A DNA stretch of 64,000 nucleotides from Chiloscyllium plagiosum. Taxonomy: Eukaryota. Location: the NCBI RefSeq assembly GCF_004010195.1, contig NC_057718.1, positions 60,382,137 through 60,446,136 on the forward strand, in the 5' to 3' direction. The notes below the pieces were generated by a model. It was not told where the DNA came from. It ran no database searches and was given only the letters and a program-made list of their open reading frames with translations. Within the stretch, counting starts at the first letter, position 1. Each line of letters begins with the position of its first letter. Shown here one piece after another: positions 35,620 to 48,028 of the stretch. The position numbers and the translations under genes are program-made.

Positions 35620-35982
35620 AGGAAGTAATGGAAGAAAGAAAGGGGGGAAAAAGGGAAGTAGGGGAATTAAGATTAGGAAGGAAAGAAAGGAAAGAGAAGG
35701 AAGAGCGAGAATGGCATGAAGAAAAGGGAATGGGAAGGAAAGGAAAGAACAGAACAAAAGGGAACAAAGGAGGGGAAGGGAAGGAAGAGAATAAAGGACT
35801 TGAAGGAAACAGAAGGAGAGAGGGAGAAAGGCTATGTTAGTGGGAGGGAATAAGGGAGTGATGGAGAAAGGAATGTTGAGAAGGGATGGGAAGGAAAGGA
35901 AGGAATGAAGGAATAAATGGAAAATGAGGGAGGGAGTAGAGAGACAGAGGCTGATGGAAGGAATAGAAGAAAGAAGGAATAT
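35620..35982. repeat. GA-rich polypurine low-complexity tract
   Basis: ~360 bp of almost only A and G on the + strand. Confidence 0.9.
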
Positions 35983-37250
35983 CTTTCATCATGTGGTTTG
36001 ATGTTACACTTCACATTTAAGTTCAAAACAGTCTGGTCAAGGAGAAGGCAAAGTCAAGAACTATCTTAAGGCTTAGACTTAAAAGTATTTATTCTTTCAT
36101 ACTAAGTACTACAACACATAGCAATCTTAAATATTCACGACTCTGAATCTATCATTACATTGATCTATCTTCTTTGTATGTCCATGTGCTCTCAGTGTCT
36201 TTAAAATTCTACTCCCATGTAATGTCCTAATGTAGAATGTAGAATAGTTTAACTCCACCTACACTACTTATCCTGATTGATGTTCAGCTCCATGAGTTCA
36301 CCACAAGCTTACCCCAGGGCCCTGTTGCCTTCACAGAACATCATTCCCCAAGTTTTTTTTATTTTCCATTTGTTATAAACACTGTTTAACAGTTTTACAT
36401 ATGTATATGAAATACCTAGCTAACAACAGTTACTATGCATTTTGTTCTTATCTCTCAATTCCCCTAAATGATTAATCTGTTGTGCTCAGTTGTATTACCA
36501 ATGCCTATGAACAGGTATAAAAACACTTGGGATAAATTTGGAGATTTTGTTTGTGCCCAGCTGGCTTCTGTTAGATTAGAGATGCAATCAGTCTAGTTGA
36601 AAGAACTTGCAAATTATGTAACTGCAAGAGTTTATGAGCATTGCAAGGTCCATTATTTTTGAATACTGTTGTTGTTTCCCTCAGGAAGAAATAAAGTGTT
36701 CTGTTCTTCATAGAAAGCAGTATTGATCTTTTCTTCAAAGTTCTGTTCCAAGGAATGAAGATACATGCTGGGTTGGGAATGATTTGTTTTGTCACTTGGC
36801 ATGTTCTTCAGATTGTAGCATTTTTTTTGTGGAGTGACCTCTTTTGCTACAACGTTGGTGGAAAGCTGGACAATGTTTTATCTTTATTAAGTCAGATTTA
36901 GCTTTGGCTTTCATGTTAATATTGTCGCATGCATATATAGTTTAGATGAAAGATCTGGTTAGATGGCATAATGTGCTTTAAATATTCAACACTCTTTGTA
37001 GAATGTTCTGCATTAACTGGAAACATTTTATATAATGCTACATGAATAAATATCTAGACCCTATCCATAGCTATGTGGACAGCTCATTCTAGAGTTAGAT
37101 CTTCTTTTGATTGAAATATTCTATGTCAGATCGATCTAAGAGCACAACACAATTTTGTCACAATTATGCTCTGGTAAATGGCTATATGGTTCATACCGGG
37201 TACATAAATCATTACTGAAACTATGCACAGACCTTTCTGGGAGTTGATAT

Positions 37251-38323
37251 TGTTATGGATCAGGCCAAACCCCTCAAAATATATTAAGAAGATGGCCTAG
37301 ACCCTAGCATTTTCTTATTTTAAAGGGAAGTGTAAGGCATTGCATTTCTGATGTAATTTGACTGGTCAAACTACTCAATTTCAAGCAAAACACACTTTAT
37401 TTTTACATTGCAGTTAAAATACAGACAAAATTAAAACAATATTGAAGCAGTCTAAATGCAACAAGATCTGGATAGTATCCAGGCTCAGGGTGACAAGGGG
37501 TAAGCAATATTCATGCCATGCAAATGTCAGGCAATGACCATCTTCAAGTGACAGTCTAACCATCGCTACTTGACATTCAATTATGTTACTGTCACTGAAT
37601 CCCCCATTATTGACATCCTTGGGGTTACCATTGACCAAAAACTGAATTTATCCAAAATGGTAGACTGAGAGTAGCCTATATCTTGCTGTTGGTCCTGAGA
37701 TTCAGACTTGTTTCTAGACTTCTAGATTACTTAAAACACATTTAGATAAGTAAATGAATGAGAAATGTTTGGATAATATGGGCCAATTGCAGCCGGGTGG
37801 GACTAGTTTAGTTTGGGATTATAGTCTGCATGGACTAGTTGGACCGAAGAGTCTGTTTCCGTGTTGTAAGACTCTATGCCTCTATAAAAGAAAAGAATTG
37901 GCTTAACTGTAACCATCGAAATGCTTAACAAAATAATATATATTCACTAATTAACTGTAAAAGTATGGTAACATCCCATAAACACATCCTGGGCAAAGGC
38001 AAATTCGGTAAAATGGATTGTCTCACAAGCAATTCTAGCCACAGGTAAAGAAGCCCAGTTTTTAGCTGTAACAAGAGAATAATAAAAGCTTGCACATCCA
38101 CCTTCAAGATCCCAGCAACAGCAGAAAGCTAAAACTAAAAATCCTGATTCTGTAGGAGCTTGACTCTCCCCATTCAGGCTGCTTTTACAGTTCCAACTTT
38201 AAAAAAAAAGACCAAGGCCTCACAAGCTGTTTATTTGCTGGCTTTGAGCAGACTGCCTTTCTTCCTTTCTTCATAAAAAACCCCAAGATAAAATAAACCT
38301 CTTAAAGCCATAGTATTGTTACA
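37251..38323 (-). mobile_element. LTR (Gypsy-like), with nested LINE fragments at ~37440-37680 and 37725-37885
   Basis: TGTTA...TTACA termini; minus-strand AATAAA near 37396; the nested pieces match the SacSINE-partner LINE and the CR1 3' UTR. Confidence 0.6.
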
Positions 38324-38599
38324 TTGTCTGCAGTGTAACCTTTCTTTTTTCACAAAAACCCTTCATGTCTCCCATCTATCTTATTCACCTCCCCTTCATT
38401 CACAGCCATTTTTACCTTCAGTTTCCTGATTATAGTCGAACCTACAATTTATCCAGGGTGTTTTTCTTCAGAGTTCCCTTTTCAGATCTACTCTTACAAA
38501 TCCCAAACAATCTCTGGGCTTTCCACACAGCTTCCAGTATTTTGAACAAAGGTGCCCCACTTCATTAAAACTGAAATGTGTAAGTTTTTTTTTGATTTT

Positions 38600-39560
38600 T
38601 CACCTTTCTTCCTGATCTAAGAAGAAAATCTTGAACATACCCAGCTGTCCTTTCTTTAGCCTGGCTACTTGTCTTCTTTTCACTCTCCAACCTTCTATCC
38701 AAGTTTATCAGAGTGAGAGGAAAAAAAACATTGTAGTGTTACTAATCAGCTCATTATCATCATCCATTTCTGCTGATGGATGAAATCCTTTAGTTTTCAA
38801 TGAGTTCTAATTACGAGTTTTTAAAGGAATTCTTCAAAGACAATTATTTCTCTGAAAACTTAACATATAGTATTTACTGTTAATGCTGCTTTCTATTTGT
38901 CAAGATTACTTTGCTTTACCCTTTTAATTTCCGTGTAGGTTTGCCCAGGCTGTTTCCTCAGGTTTCATATCTTTTGCTTTTGTGCTTCAGGAACTAATTC
39001 AAACGCACCCAAAAAATCCTTAATTTGCAGCATCACAATCCTCAATAATCTTTTCTCACAATGAAGCATAATTTTCATATGCTTTACCTATCAGCATGTT
39101 CTGGATGGCAATATGCAGTTTTCCAGCCTCCATTTTGTGTGTTTTGCTATTATTTGCAAATGATGTGAAGAATGACTCCTCATCCCCAAGTTTTTATTGA
39201 GTCTATACAAATTATTTATTGGACTTTAGATCCTAACTATAATTTTCCTCATCAGGGTCTTCCTTGGCATCAAAAGTCTTTTTTTTTCAGCTGCATCATT
39301 TAAAGTTGGAATTCCCTATCTCTCTTTTTGTCCATCTCTTCCTGCTGAATCTACATTTCTCTTTCTTTTCTGTCTTCTTCAAGCTGTTATTTCAAGTTAG
39401 TTCAGTTTCTCATATTCAACCTAGTTTAACTGTACTTAGATACTCACTAACTCAAATGACTCACCATTCAAGGTACTTAGATCCCCCTGCATTGCCACAA
39501 ATACCAGATGGCTTGCCAATATTTAAATTACCTCTAATTTCTTGGCTCTGGCAGGCAATT
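38600..39560 (-). pseudogene. Gypsy (Gmr1-like) gag / SCAN-related capsid relic
   Basis: Minus strand GAFELVPEAQKQK..NLRKQPGQTYTEIKRVKQSNLDK, matching AYELVPEAYRQKFRxLRKxPGQTYxEF; downstream E.FKNS and DDNEL remnants; upstream K/E-rich coiled-coil-like stretch. Confidence 0.7.
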
Positions 39561-40119
39561 CTACCTCTAATTTATTTGCCAGTTCTATCAGTTTGTCTTT
39601 TGTTAATTCTAGCAAATCCAGCAGAGATATCTTTTAAATGACAAGATAGCTTTTAGATGGTTCCAATGCCATCTTGTTTTATTGTATGGGAAACCTGGTA
39701 TCTATCCTTTCCTAATTACTTTCATTTTGCATCCAATCTTTTATTGTTTTCATTCACAAATACCCGATCCTAAGCCTCCATTTACTCAATTGGAGAGAGT
39801 GCACTGATAGTCAATTCCTACTATGCCATAAGGCATCACAAATATGCAACTTTCCAATTAAATCATTAAAATGTTCAATTTGCCTGACTGACCACTATTT
39901 AGGACAAATCTAATTTACACCAGGTTTCAACATTGATAGGAAAATAACTTTAGTATTAACAAAATTATTATTTCACAAATGACAAAAGACTATTAATTTA
40001 CTAACATTTGTCAAACCCTCTTAAACTCCACACACAGCTTTTTGTATCTTGTGTCCAATGGAAGAGGGTGACTAGAGTCAGAGGGGTCTTTGATTATGTT
40101 GGCTGCTATCTTGATGTGA

Positions 40120-40370
40120 AACGTGTGGTGCTGGAAAAGCACTGCAGGTAAGTCAACATTCAAGGAGCCCTTCATCAGCTCCTTGTGGGGAAGGGGGCTA
40201 AGAGGTAAATAGGAGAGGGAGGTGGGACTGGGGGGAAGGTAGCTGGGAAGGCTGAAGAACTTCAGGGCAGAGGAGATGACCTGTGGGGTGCAGTGAAAGA
40301 GAGACTCACTGAGATCCTTGTGGAGGGAAAAGGAGAACTTCTTTAAGATGGGCATCCTCGGAAGAGGCTA
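40120..40370 (-). mobile_element. Penelope pLTR fragment
   Basis: GTGTGGTGCTGGAAAAGCAC.GCAGGT, GCCCTTCATCAG and GAAGAACTTCAGGGCAGAGGAGATGACCTG; same family motifs as the other mini-elements. Confidence 0.65.
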
Positions 40371-40726
40371 CCCCGAGACAGCATGAAATACAGATCAAGT
40401 CAATGGAAGGAAGGCTGGTTGTTGTGATGGACTGGGCTTCATTCACAACTCTCTGTAATTTCTTATGGTGGGCAGAGCACTTGCCATACCAAACTTTGAT
40501 CCATCAGCTATGATACTTTCTATGGTACATCGATAAAACTTCGTAAGAGTCAATGTCGACATGCTAAATTTCCTTAGCCTTCTGAGGAAGTAAAGGCACT
40601 GGTGTGCTTTCTTAACTGTAGCATCAATGGTGATGGACCAGGACAGATTGTTGGTGAGATTTACTCCTAGGAACTTGAAGCTCTTGACCATCTCCACCTC
40701 AGCACCATTGATACAGACAGGGACAT

Positions 40727-41251
40727 AGGAGAAAGTGAGGACCGCAGATGCTGGAGATCAGAATCTAGAGTGTGGTGCTGGAAAAGCACAGCAGGTTGGC
40801 ATGGTGGCACAGTGGTTAGCACTGCTGCCTCACAGCGCCAGAGACCCGGGTTCAATTCCCGCCTCAGGCGACTGATTGTGTGGAGTTTGCACGTTCTCCC
40901 CGTGTCTGCGTGGGTTTTCTCCGGGTGCTCCGGTTTCCTCCCAGAGTCCAAAGATGTGCAAGTCAGGTGAATTGGCCATACTAAATTGCCCGTAGTGTTA
41001 GATAAGGGGTAAAAGTAGGGGTATGGGTGGGTTGCGCTTCGGCGGGTCGGTGTGGACTTGTTGGGCCGAAGGGCCTGTTTCCACACTGTGGAAATCTAAT
41101 CTAAAAAAAGGTCAGGCAGCATCCAAGGTGCAGGGGAATCGACGTTTCAGGTGAAAACCCATTCCTGATGAAGGGCTTTTGCCGAAACATCGATTCCCCA
41201 GCTCCTCGGATGCTGCTTGACCTGCTGTGCTTTTCCAGCACCACACTCTTA
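40727..41251. mobile_element. Penelope-derived inverted mini-element (contains an HE1 SINE)
   Basis: Imperfect 16-bp TSD ATACAGACAGGGACAT (40711-40726) / ACACAGACGTGGACAT (41252-41267); inverted arms; ATTCCTGATGAAGGGCTTTTGCCGAAACATCG at 41161. Confidence 0.82.
40797..41108 (+). mobile_element. HE1-type SINE, young copy
   Basis: Near-identical to 27082-27402; flanked by AGGT on both sides. Confidence 0.96.
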
Positions 41252-41439
41252 ACACAGACGTGGACATGTCCTCCACTCCACTTCCTGAAGTTGATGACCA
41301 ACTCCTTCCTTTTGCTGACATTGAGGGAAAAATCCTTGTCTTTACACCAGGGTACTAAGCACTTTATCTCTTTCTTGTACTCTGTCTCATTGTTGTTTGA
41401 GAACCAACCAGTACGGTGACATCAGGAAATTTGTAAATA

Positions 41440-43225
41440 GTAAAGGTAGAGAAGGCAGAGATGCTAAGTGACTATTACCTGTCTATTTCACCAAGGAAGA
41501 CACAATAAATCTTCCATAATTAGAGATCCAAGTGACTAAAGAATGAGAAGTTAAAGGAAATAAGCATTAGTAAAAACTTGAACTGGGGAAATAAGTAGGG
41601 CTGTAAGTTAATGAATCTCTGGGACTGCATATTCTACATTTCAGATTCTTGAAGGAGGTGACTGTAGAATAGTTGCTATACTGCTCATCATCTTCCAACA
41701 CTTCATGGATTTTGGAATGATTCCCATAGATTGGAAACAAATTTAAAAGTAAGCATACCCAGTATTTAAGAAAAGAGCAAGGGAAAAAAGAGGCCTTACA
41801 TCAGTAGTCACGAAAATGCTACACTTATAAAGGATGTGATAAATGGACAATTGATTAAAAATGATCTGATTGAGTATAGTCAGCATGGATTTGCAAATGG
41901 AAAATTGTGTTTGACATACTGGATGCAGTTTTTGAGGATGTAATATACAAGATTGATAAATGTCAGACCACGGATGTAATACATTTGGATTTTCAGAAGA
42001 CTTTTGACACGGTCCTTCACAGGAGGTTGGTAATCAAAATTATAGGCAAAAGTGATTCCTGATGAATGGCTTTTGCCCAAAACATCGATTCTCCTGGTCT
42101 CAGATGGTGCCTGACCTGTTGTGCTTTTCCAGCACCACACTCTTGACCTGGAACCAAAATTATAGTCCATGGGATAACATGTAATTTATTGGGATATATT
42201 AAGAATTAGTTAACAGGCATAAAACAGAGAGTAGGAGTAAATGGGTCATTTTCATATTAGCAAACTGTGATTTCTGAGATACTGCAAGGATCAGTACTTG
42301 GACCTCAGCTGTTCATCACAACATACAGCAATGATTTACCTATGGTGACCAAATCTAATATTTTCAAGTTTGCAATGATGTAAAGCAGGAATGATAGTTA
42401 AGAGGAAGATGTAAAATGATTGCAGAAGGCTTTGTCCAGGTTTAGTGACTGGGCAGGAATGTGGCAGATGGAATATGTGTGAGGTTATCCAATTTAGTCA
42501 GAAGAACAAATGTGTAGAGTATTTCTTAAAGTATGGATATATAAGCAGACTTGGGTGTCCTTGTCAATAGGTCACTGAAGGCTAAAATACTGGTTCAGCA
42601 AAGTATTAGGAAGGCTAATGGAATGTTATCCTTTAACACAAGGCAATTTGAATAGAAGAGCATTGATATCATGCATCAAGTGTGCAACAGCTTGGTTAGC
42701 CTGCAGCTGGAGGACTACGTGCATTTCTGGTCAGCTTAACACAAGAAAGGCATTATTATCATCAACAGAGTGCAACAAATGGTCACTGGGTTGGTCCAGG
42801 GATGGCAGGTGTATCCTATGAAGAGGGATAGGGCAAATAGGGCCCGTATTCCCTGCAGTTTTGAAGAATGAGAGGTGATCTCATTGAAGTCTACAGAATA
42901 CTTTAAGTGATAGACAGTGTAGATGCAGGTTAAGGTATTTCCCTATTTGGGAAGCCTATGAACCAATGGGCAAAGCTTAAAAATAATGGGCCTGCCATTT
43001 TGGGCTGAGAAGAGATGGCTTTTTGTTCAGAGGAATTTGAATCTTTGATACCTCTACCCCAGAGAGCTGGGGAAGCCCAGTCTTCGAGTATGTTTGAAGT
43101 CGAGGTTGATACATTTTTGATTAGCAATGGCATAAACTGCTATGGAGATAGCTTAGTTACAAGGTATTGAAGTGTTCAATCAACCATGATCATGTCAAGT
43201 GGGCTTGAGGGGCTGATCGGCCTAT
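41440..43225 (+). mobile_element. Old CR1 LINE ORF2 fragment + 3' UTR
   Basis: CAGCATGGATTT, TTGGATTTTCAGAAG (LDFQK), CAAGGATCAGTACTTGGACC (QGSVLGP), TGGCAGATGGAAT (WQME), 3' UTR GGCCTATTCCTGTTCCTATGTT. Confidence 0.82.
42046..42154 (+). mobile_element. Penelope-derived mini-element in old CR1, decayed hammerhead
   Basis: TSD CAAAATTATAG at 42035-42045 and 42155-42165; ATTCCTGATGAATGGCTTTTGCCCAAAACATCGATT. Confidence 0.8.
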
Positions 43226-43449
43226 TCCTGTTCCTATGTTATATGTTCCAACAGCAGACAAAACAGATGCTTTTGATACCAATTTGTGGTTGGGAAAATG
43301 TAGACAAGGAAATCAATTTCTCTGGATCCAAATCAGGTGGAGTGTTATTTCACACAATTCTCTTATTTTTAGCAATGATGACATAACGCTGACTGCACAG
43401 TAATTGTCAACCTTCAACTAAACAATTGATCAGGTGGACTCAGCAGTTT

Positions 43450-43720
43450 CATAGAATCCCTACAGTGCAGTTAGAGGCCACTTGGCCCATTGATTCGGCA
43501 CTGTCCCTGCAAACAGCATCCCACCCTATCCCTGTAACCTCATATTTCCCATTGCTAATCCACCCAGCCTCCATATCCCTGGACACTGCGAGACAATTTA
43601 TCATGGCCAATTCACCCAATCTGTACATCTTTGGACTGTGAAAACCCCCCCCAGGAGAAACCCATGCAGACATGCCAGTCCCTGCCAGTGTGAGACAAAA
43701 ATGCTACCACTGTACCGTCC
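43450..43720 (-). mobile_element. HE1-type SINE, old, internally deleted
   Basis: CATAGAATCCCTACAGTG, CAATTTATCATGGCCAATTCACC.AA.CTG.ACATCTTTGGACTGTG, GAAACCCATGCAGACA. Confidence 0.85.
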
Positions 43721-43724
43721 CCAA

Positions 43725-44725
43725 GAGAGAATGCTTTCTTTTGAATCTCTAGGGTTTTGTTTGTCTTTTCACTTACACAGAGAGATGTTTCTTGTTTGCA
43801 GGCACCGGAAGAGTTTGGCTGCATTGCAATCACAGATCTGTAACAAACTGCAACAAACTGCAACCAGACCACTTCATCAGTCATTTTTGCACAGTTTCTC
43901 TTTCAATTTGGATCCTTTCCATCTCATAATGTAACTCCCTCACTATTTGAAAAGTAATATAATCTTGCAAAGCTAAAATGTACACCATACAATTACACGT
44001 GATTTTGAAGTTGCAAAATTATTTTACAAGATAATACATGGCTTGGAAAGGGTGGACGCTAGGAAATTGTTTCCGTTAGGTGAGGAGACTATGCCCCGTG
44101 GACACAGCCTTAGAATTAGAGGGGGTAAATTCAGAACAGAAATGCGGAGACATTTCTTCACCCAGAGAGTGGAATTCATTGCCGCAGAGTGCAGTGGAGG
44201 CCGGGACGCTAAATGTCTTCAAGGCAGAGATTGATAAATTCTTGATGTCACAGGGAATTAAGGGCTACGGGGAGAATGCGGGTAAGTGGAGTTGAAATGC
44301 CCGTCAGCCATGATTGAATGGCGGAGTGGACTCGATGGGCCGAATGGCCTTACTTCCACTCCTATGTCTTATGGTCTTATGGTCTTATGGTATTTCATCC
44401 ATTTAGCAGTGTCCAAGTTGCACTTTCAAGTTCCTCATCCAAAAGGAAATATATCTGGCCCCTTACTTAGTACAGGGGCCATCTTGCAAACTAATGTTTG
44501 TTTGTAGGATGCCCTGTCAATTTATGACCTACGCGATCCAAACTAAGTACACTGTCATGGTATAAATTGACAAGCTGTGTGTTTCAGCTTAGCATTCCAT
44601 CACAGTCTTCCACTGCCCCATCAGGGCATTGGTACAGGTGACCCTGCTCAAGAGGGCAGATTGCACCAGAGGCAACTATTGGTACAGCCCCTCTAGCAAA
44701 ATCACACTATATTACTGTCGGAGCC
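43725..44725 (+). pseudogene. PIF/Harbinger transposase relic D, split by CR1
   Basis: CLSFHLHREMF (CLRRFRLxRE), FGSF, HLAV, HCPIRALVQVTLLKRADCTRGNYWYSPSSKI (HxxTRAxIEQTIGLLKxRFRCLDCSGGxLxYSP). Confidence 0.45.
44023..44391 (+). mobile_element. Young CR1 3' fragment with (TTATGGTC)n tail
   Basis: LERVDARKLFPLGE..RGHSL.IRGGKFRTEMRRHFFTQRV; CpG-rich; tail TCTTATGGTCTTATGGTCTTATGGT. Confidence 0.92.
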
Positions 44726-46085
44726 AAGGAGGTGAAATTCCTGCCCAAAGGCTTCTCATTTTTCCGATTAAAAGCAATAATTCTGTCATGGCATCCCTTA
44801 GTAAAACAGTTATATGTTCACATTGCTCTTCCAAGTTAAATATTTTGAATGAAATAAGACAACTAAAATTTTATGAAGTATGCACATCCATTCTAATACA
44901 GAAATATTTAGCTTTACATCCCTTATGATAGTCTTTATTCAACAACTTAAAAGTATATTTCATAAATTCAGTCCTTTTCTCCTGATTAGTTAATAAACTT
45001 AAGTTTAACTTGACCTCTGATCTCTATCTTCTATAATTCAATCTTTCCATTCTGTTTGGAATTTTCTGTATATCCGCTAAAGTCTGTTCTCTTCAGCCTT
45101 GTTGACCTGTTAGAAGGAATGTTCTTCAATTTATTTGGACTTTTGTAAAAGGCAAACTTGATTGCACAAATTCTGAATTTTCAAAACAAAAACTGTAGTG
45201 ATTTGTTTTATCAAATTGGAAATCCTTTTTGCAAATAGAACAGCATACCAAATCCATCCATGATGTTTTCATCTGCTTCTGATTCATATCTCTAATATAG
45301 TACATGCTGTTGTGATGCTTATCACTTCACATTTTAGACTTTTCTTTAAATGGTTTCCTCTCCTGCTGTGGAAAGAAAGGGCAGGTACGAACCAACTATA
45401 GTGCTGTCAAATCATCTTTATCATCCATCACTACACTGCTTTCTAGTTATATCACAGACAGGCATGTGGGATTAAGTACAGGAAATTTATAATTACAGAT
45501 ATTAACATTTAAATGTTTTCTGCCTTACTTATGAAAAGTGGTTAGTGTATGATATGCATGCCATCATTTCCATTGTTGTTATGACCCAGCAGCTTGTTGA
45601 CCTTAAAAGGTTATCTTTCAACACAACACCACAGTTTGTTTTAATGGGCTCTTGGGTAAATTAGACTGCCAATTTTTTGCAACTCTCTGATTAGGGAGAG
45701 AGTGGCAAATATATCAGATTTTGGCTCATTAACCCATAAGTAGGTTATTATCTGTATAAAACTTCACCATGGGTTTAAATGGGATCATGATGAACTCATA
45801 ATCAAAGCAAGCCTAAATATTGAAGATGATCCTGTTCCATTGCATTGTGTGCTGCAATATTTCATAATTATTGACATCAAACCATGTTCCATGTTAAGGA
45901 CTCAATTTTACTCTTGATCATAAGATGTTGGTGTGGATATGCATTTATATTTCATTGTGTGTGATCCTTGCACAAATACATACATGTGGGTGCCTCTAGG
46001 AAGTTAAATAACAGTAGCATTATTATCTGTTATACCCTATTTAGCTTGGAGGGCTATGTGTCTTAAGTCATAGCATCTTTTAATC

Positions 46086-46530
46086 TGAAGTCAGATTTAG
46101 GATTTAAAAGGTTACCAGATCTAAAATCTAAAATAAGTCACCATATTATTTCAACAAAGTGGTGTTTGGATGGGTGGGATGCAGAAACAGAGATCAAGTG
46201 ATTCAAACAATAGTATCCAGGTGTCTCAAAGAGGCCCTCAAATAAAATTAACCATCTGTAAAAACTGCTTTTCTTAACTTCTGCGGTCAATAAAAACCAC
46301 ATTGTCACTTCTAGCAAAGTATTCACTTCTCAGATGTTGGGAAACACTGCATATGCTTCAACAGATGCTTAATTTTATTTGAGGAACCCCTTGGAGACAC
46401 CTGGGTACTTTTCAAATCACTTGAGCCCTGCTCATGCACCCCACCCCTTAACACCACATTGCTAAAATAATATTGAAAATTATTTTAAATGTTAAACCTT
46501 TAAACCTTTGAAAACCTGAATCTGTCTTCA
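46086..46530. repeat. Fold-back element / long imperfect inverted repeat (probable old MITE)
   Basis: Arms 46086-46259 and 46361-46530 align as reverse complements, e.g. GTATCCAGGTGTCTC / GAGACACCTGGGTAC and CCTCAAATAAAATTAA / TTAATTTTATTTGAGG. Confidence 0.85.
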
Positions 46531-46951
46531 TACAAAAATAGGTCACTACTTCAAACCCTCATCCTTCCGAGAGATTTCTGGACACATATCATGAAGTTAT
46601 TGGGGGAAGCACTGATTGTAAAGTATACAGGCTTGCTTAAGGGAGTGATTATTGCCATTGAAGTTCAAAAATATTGTGAATAGATCAAAGATCTCTAAGA
46701 ATATCAGACTGGAAGGCTTGCTTCTTTTGATAATGAAAGTGATTTAAACAATTAAATTTTTAATGTAAATTTCAATGGTTCATTAAGTCTGTCATTCTCA
46801 AACTTACGAAGTTTCCTCGAAAAGTAGAACCTGTGCTGCTATTGATCAGAAAGAGATTGAATGGGATCCATTGTAATTCCAGCTCAGACAACTCCAACTC
46901 AATGGCTTTGAGCATTCCAGCAGATGAGCTGTATTTATAATAGAAACATAG

Positions 46952-47237
46952 AAGTTCAAAGTTTGTACGAAGATTTGTAGCTCGGGTGCTCGTTGTTGTG
47001 GTTCTGTTCACCGAGCTGGAAGTTTTTGTTGCAAACGTTTCGTCCCCTGGCTAGGCGACATCATCAGTGCTTGGGAGCCTCCTGCGAAGCGCTTCTTTGA
47101 TGTTTCCTCCGGTGTTTATAGTGGTCTGTCCCTGCCGCTTCCGGTTGTCAGTTTCAGCTGTCCGCTGTAGTGGTTGGTATATTGGGTCCAGGTCGATGTG
47201 TTTGTTGATGGAGTTTGTGGATGAATGCCATGCCTCC
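46952..47237 (-). mobile_element. Penelope-like element 3' end (GIY-YIG endonuclease C-terminus + pLTR)
   Basis: ORF 47051-47242 LEAWHSSTNSINKHIDLDPIYQPL (cf. the PLE RExLEAWHx..IN motif); CpGs retained. Confidence 0.85.
47031..47070 (-). ncRNA. Minimal type-I hammerhead ribozyme motif (intact core)
   Basis: Minus strand GCA-CUGAUGA-u-GUCgCCU-agcc-AGGgGAC-GAAA-C-GUU-UGC: stem I GCA/UGC, 7-bp stem II with one mismatch, palindromic AACGUU stem III. Confidence 0.8.
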
Positions 47238-47434
47238 AACATGGTATAATCTGCAATGGGACTGCTGGCCTGGATAATCCTGATGTGGAACCTGAATTGA
47301 AAGATTGGAGGATGCAGGATGCAATGGGAATGAATAGGTTAGTGTGAGGAGAGGGTGACTCTGATATGCAGGTAGTGCCTGAAAAATAAAGAACCACTCC
47401 CACCCTCCCCTCTGCCTGGCCAAGATGCTGCTAG

Positions 47435-47690
47435 GTTTCACCTGGCTGCGTGGATACTTGGCACTAGCCTCCGCCTCTGGATAAATCCTCGTGTGAGGGA
47501 TAGTCCTTAAATGGTCAGTAATTGGCCACATGATGACCTCAATGGTGTAGAATTGAGCAAAAAAGCCCATCATCCACAATACTGGACCAAGACCCTGGAA
47601 TTTCCTAACATCTAAAATATTGGACAAAAGCCTGAGCTCAGGCTGCAACAAGTACACACATAGCCAGAATGATTTCGGTCTGGGATCATT
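47435..47690 (-). pseudogene. Possible Harbinger Myb/SANT-like gene relic (element D)
   Basis: PELRLLSNILDVRK, MWPITDHL, FIQRRR..IHAAR followed by a GTGA donor-like site; weak similarity to LExLLxxVxxRR, WxxIAxxV and QCRKRxNDLIRAAR. Confidence 0.3.
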
Positions 47691-48028
47691 GTTCAGTTCA
47701 AAAATGCAATTTAAACCTTCACGCTAAGAGAACAATCAATCGGACCTGATACTCTAGACTAACTTGTACACCTCAGGGCTACCCCAACCCAGACATTATG
47801 GAACCTATACAAATACCAGACATTCAACTTTAATCAATATTCATTCAGAGAGATACTGGGCATTCAATCTCAATCAAAATAAATTTACACATAATCTTAA
47901 CTATCAGGAAGCCCAACTGACCTCAAAGGGAACACCAGTAACACAAAACAAGCGCAGATTTGGCACAAAGATAAGAGGACCCCAACTAGTATCACTGCAG
48001 GCCCCAAACTCACTGAAGGGGCTTTCCG

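Larger units (their letters stand above)
40010..41428 (-). mobile_element. Rex1/Babar-type LINE 3' RT fragment, host of nested insertions
   Basis: ORF 40443-40697 VKSFKFLGV.LTNNLSWS..IDATVKKAHQCLYFLRRLRKF..LTKFYRCTIESI; continues at 41252-41420 (KELVINFRK). Confidence 0.85.

Noticed and set aside
35441..36026. F/S/P-rich and E/K/G/R-rich ORFs
   Set aside because: Artefacts of the polypurine tract.
40443..40697. Host enzyme exon
   Set aside because: C-terminal region of a Rex/Babar LINE RT, a frequent source of mis-annotation.
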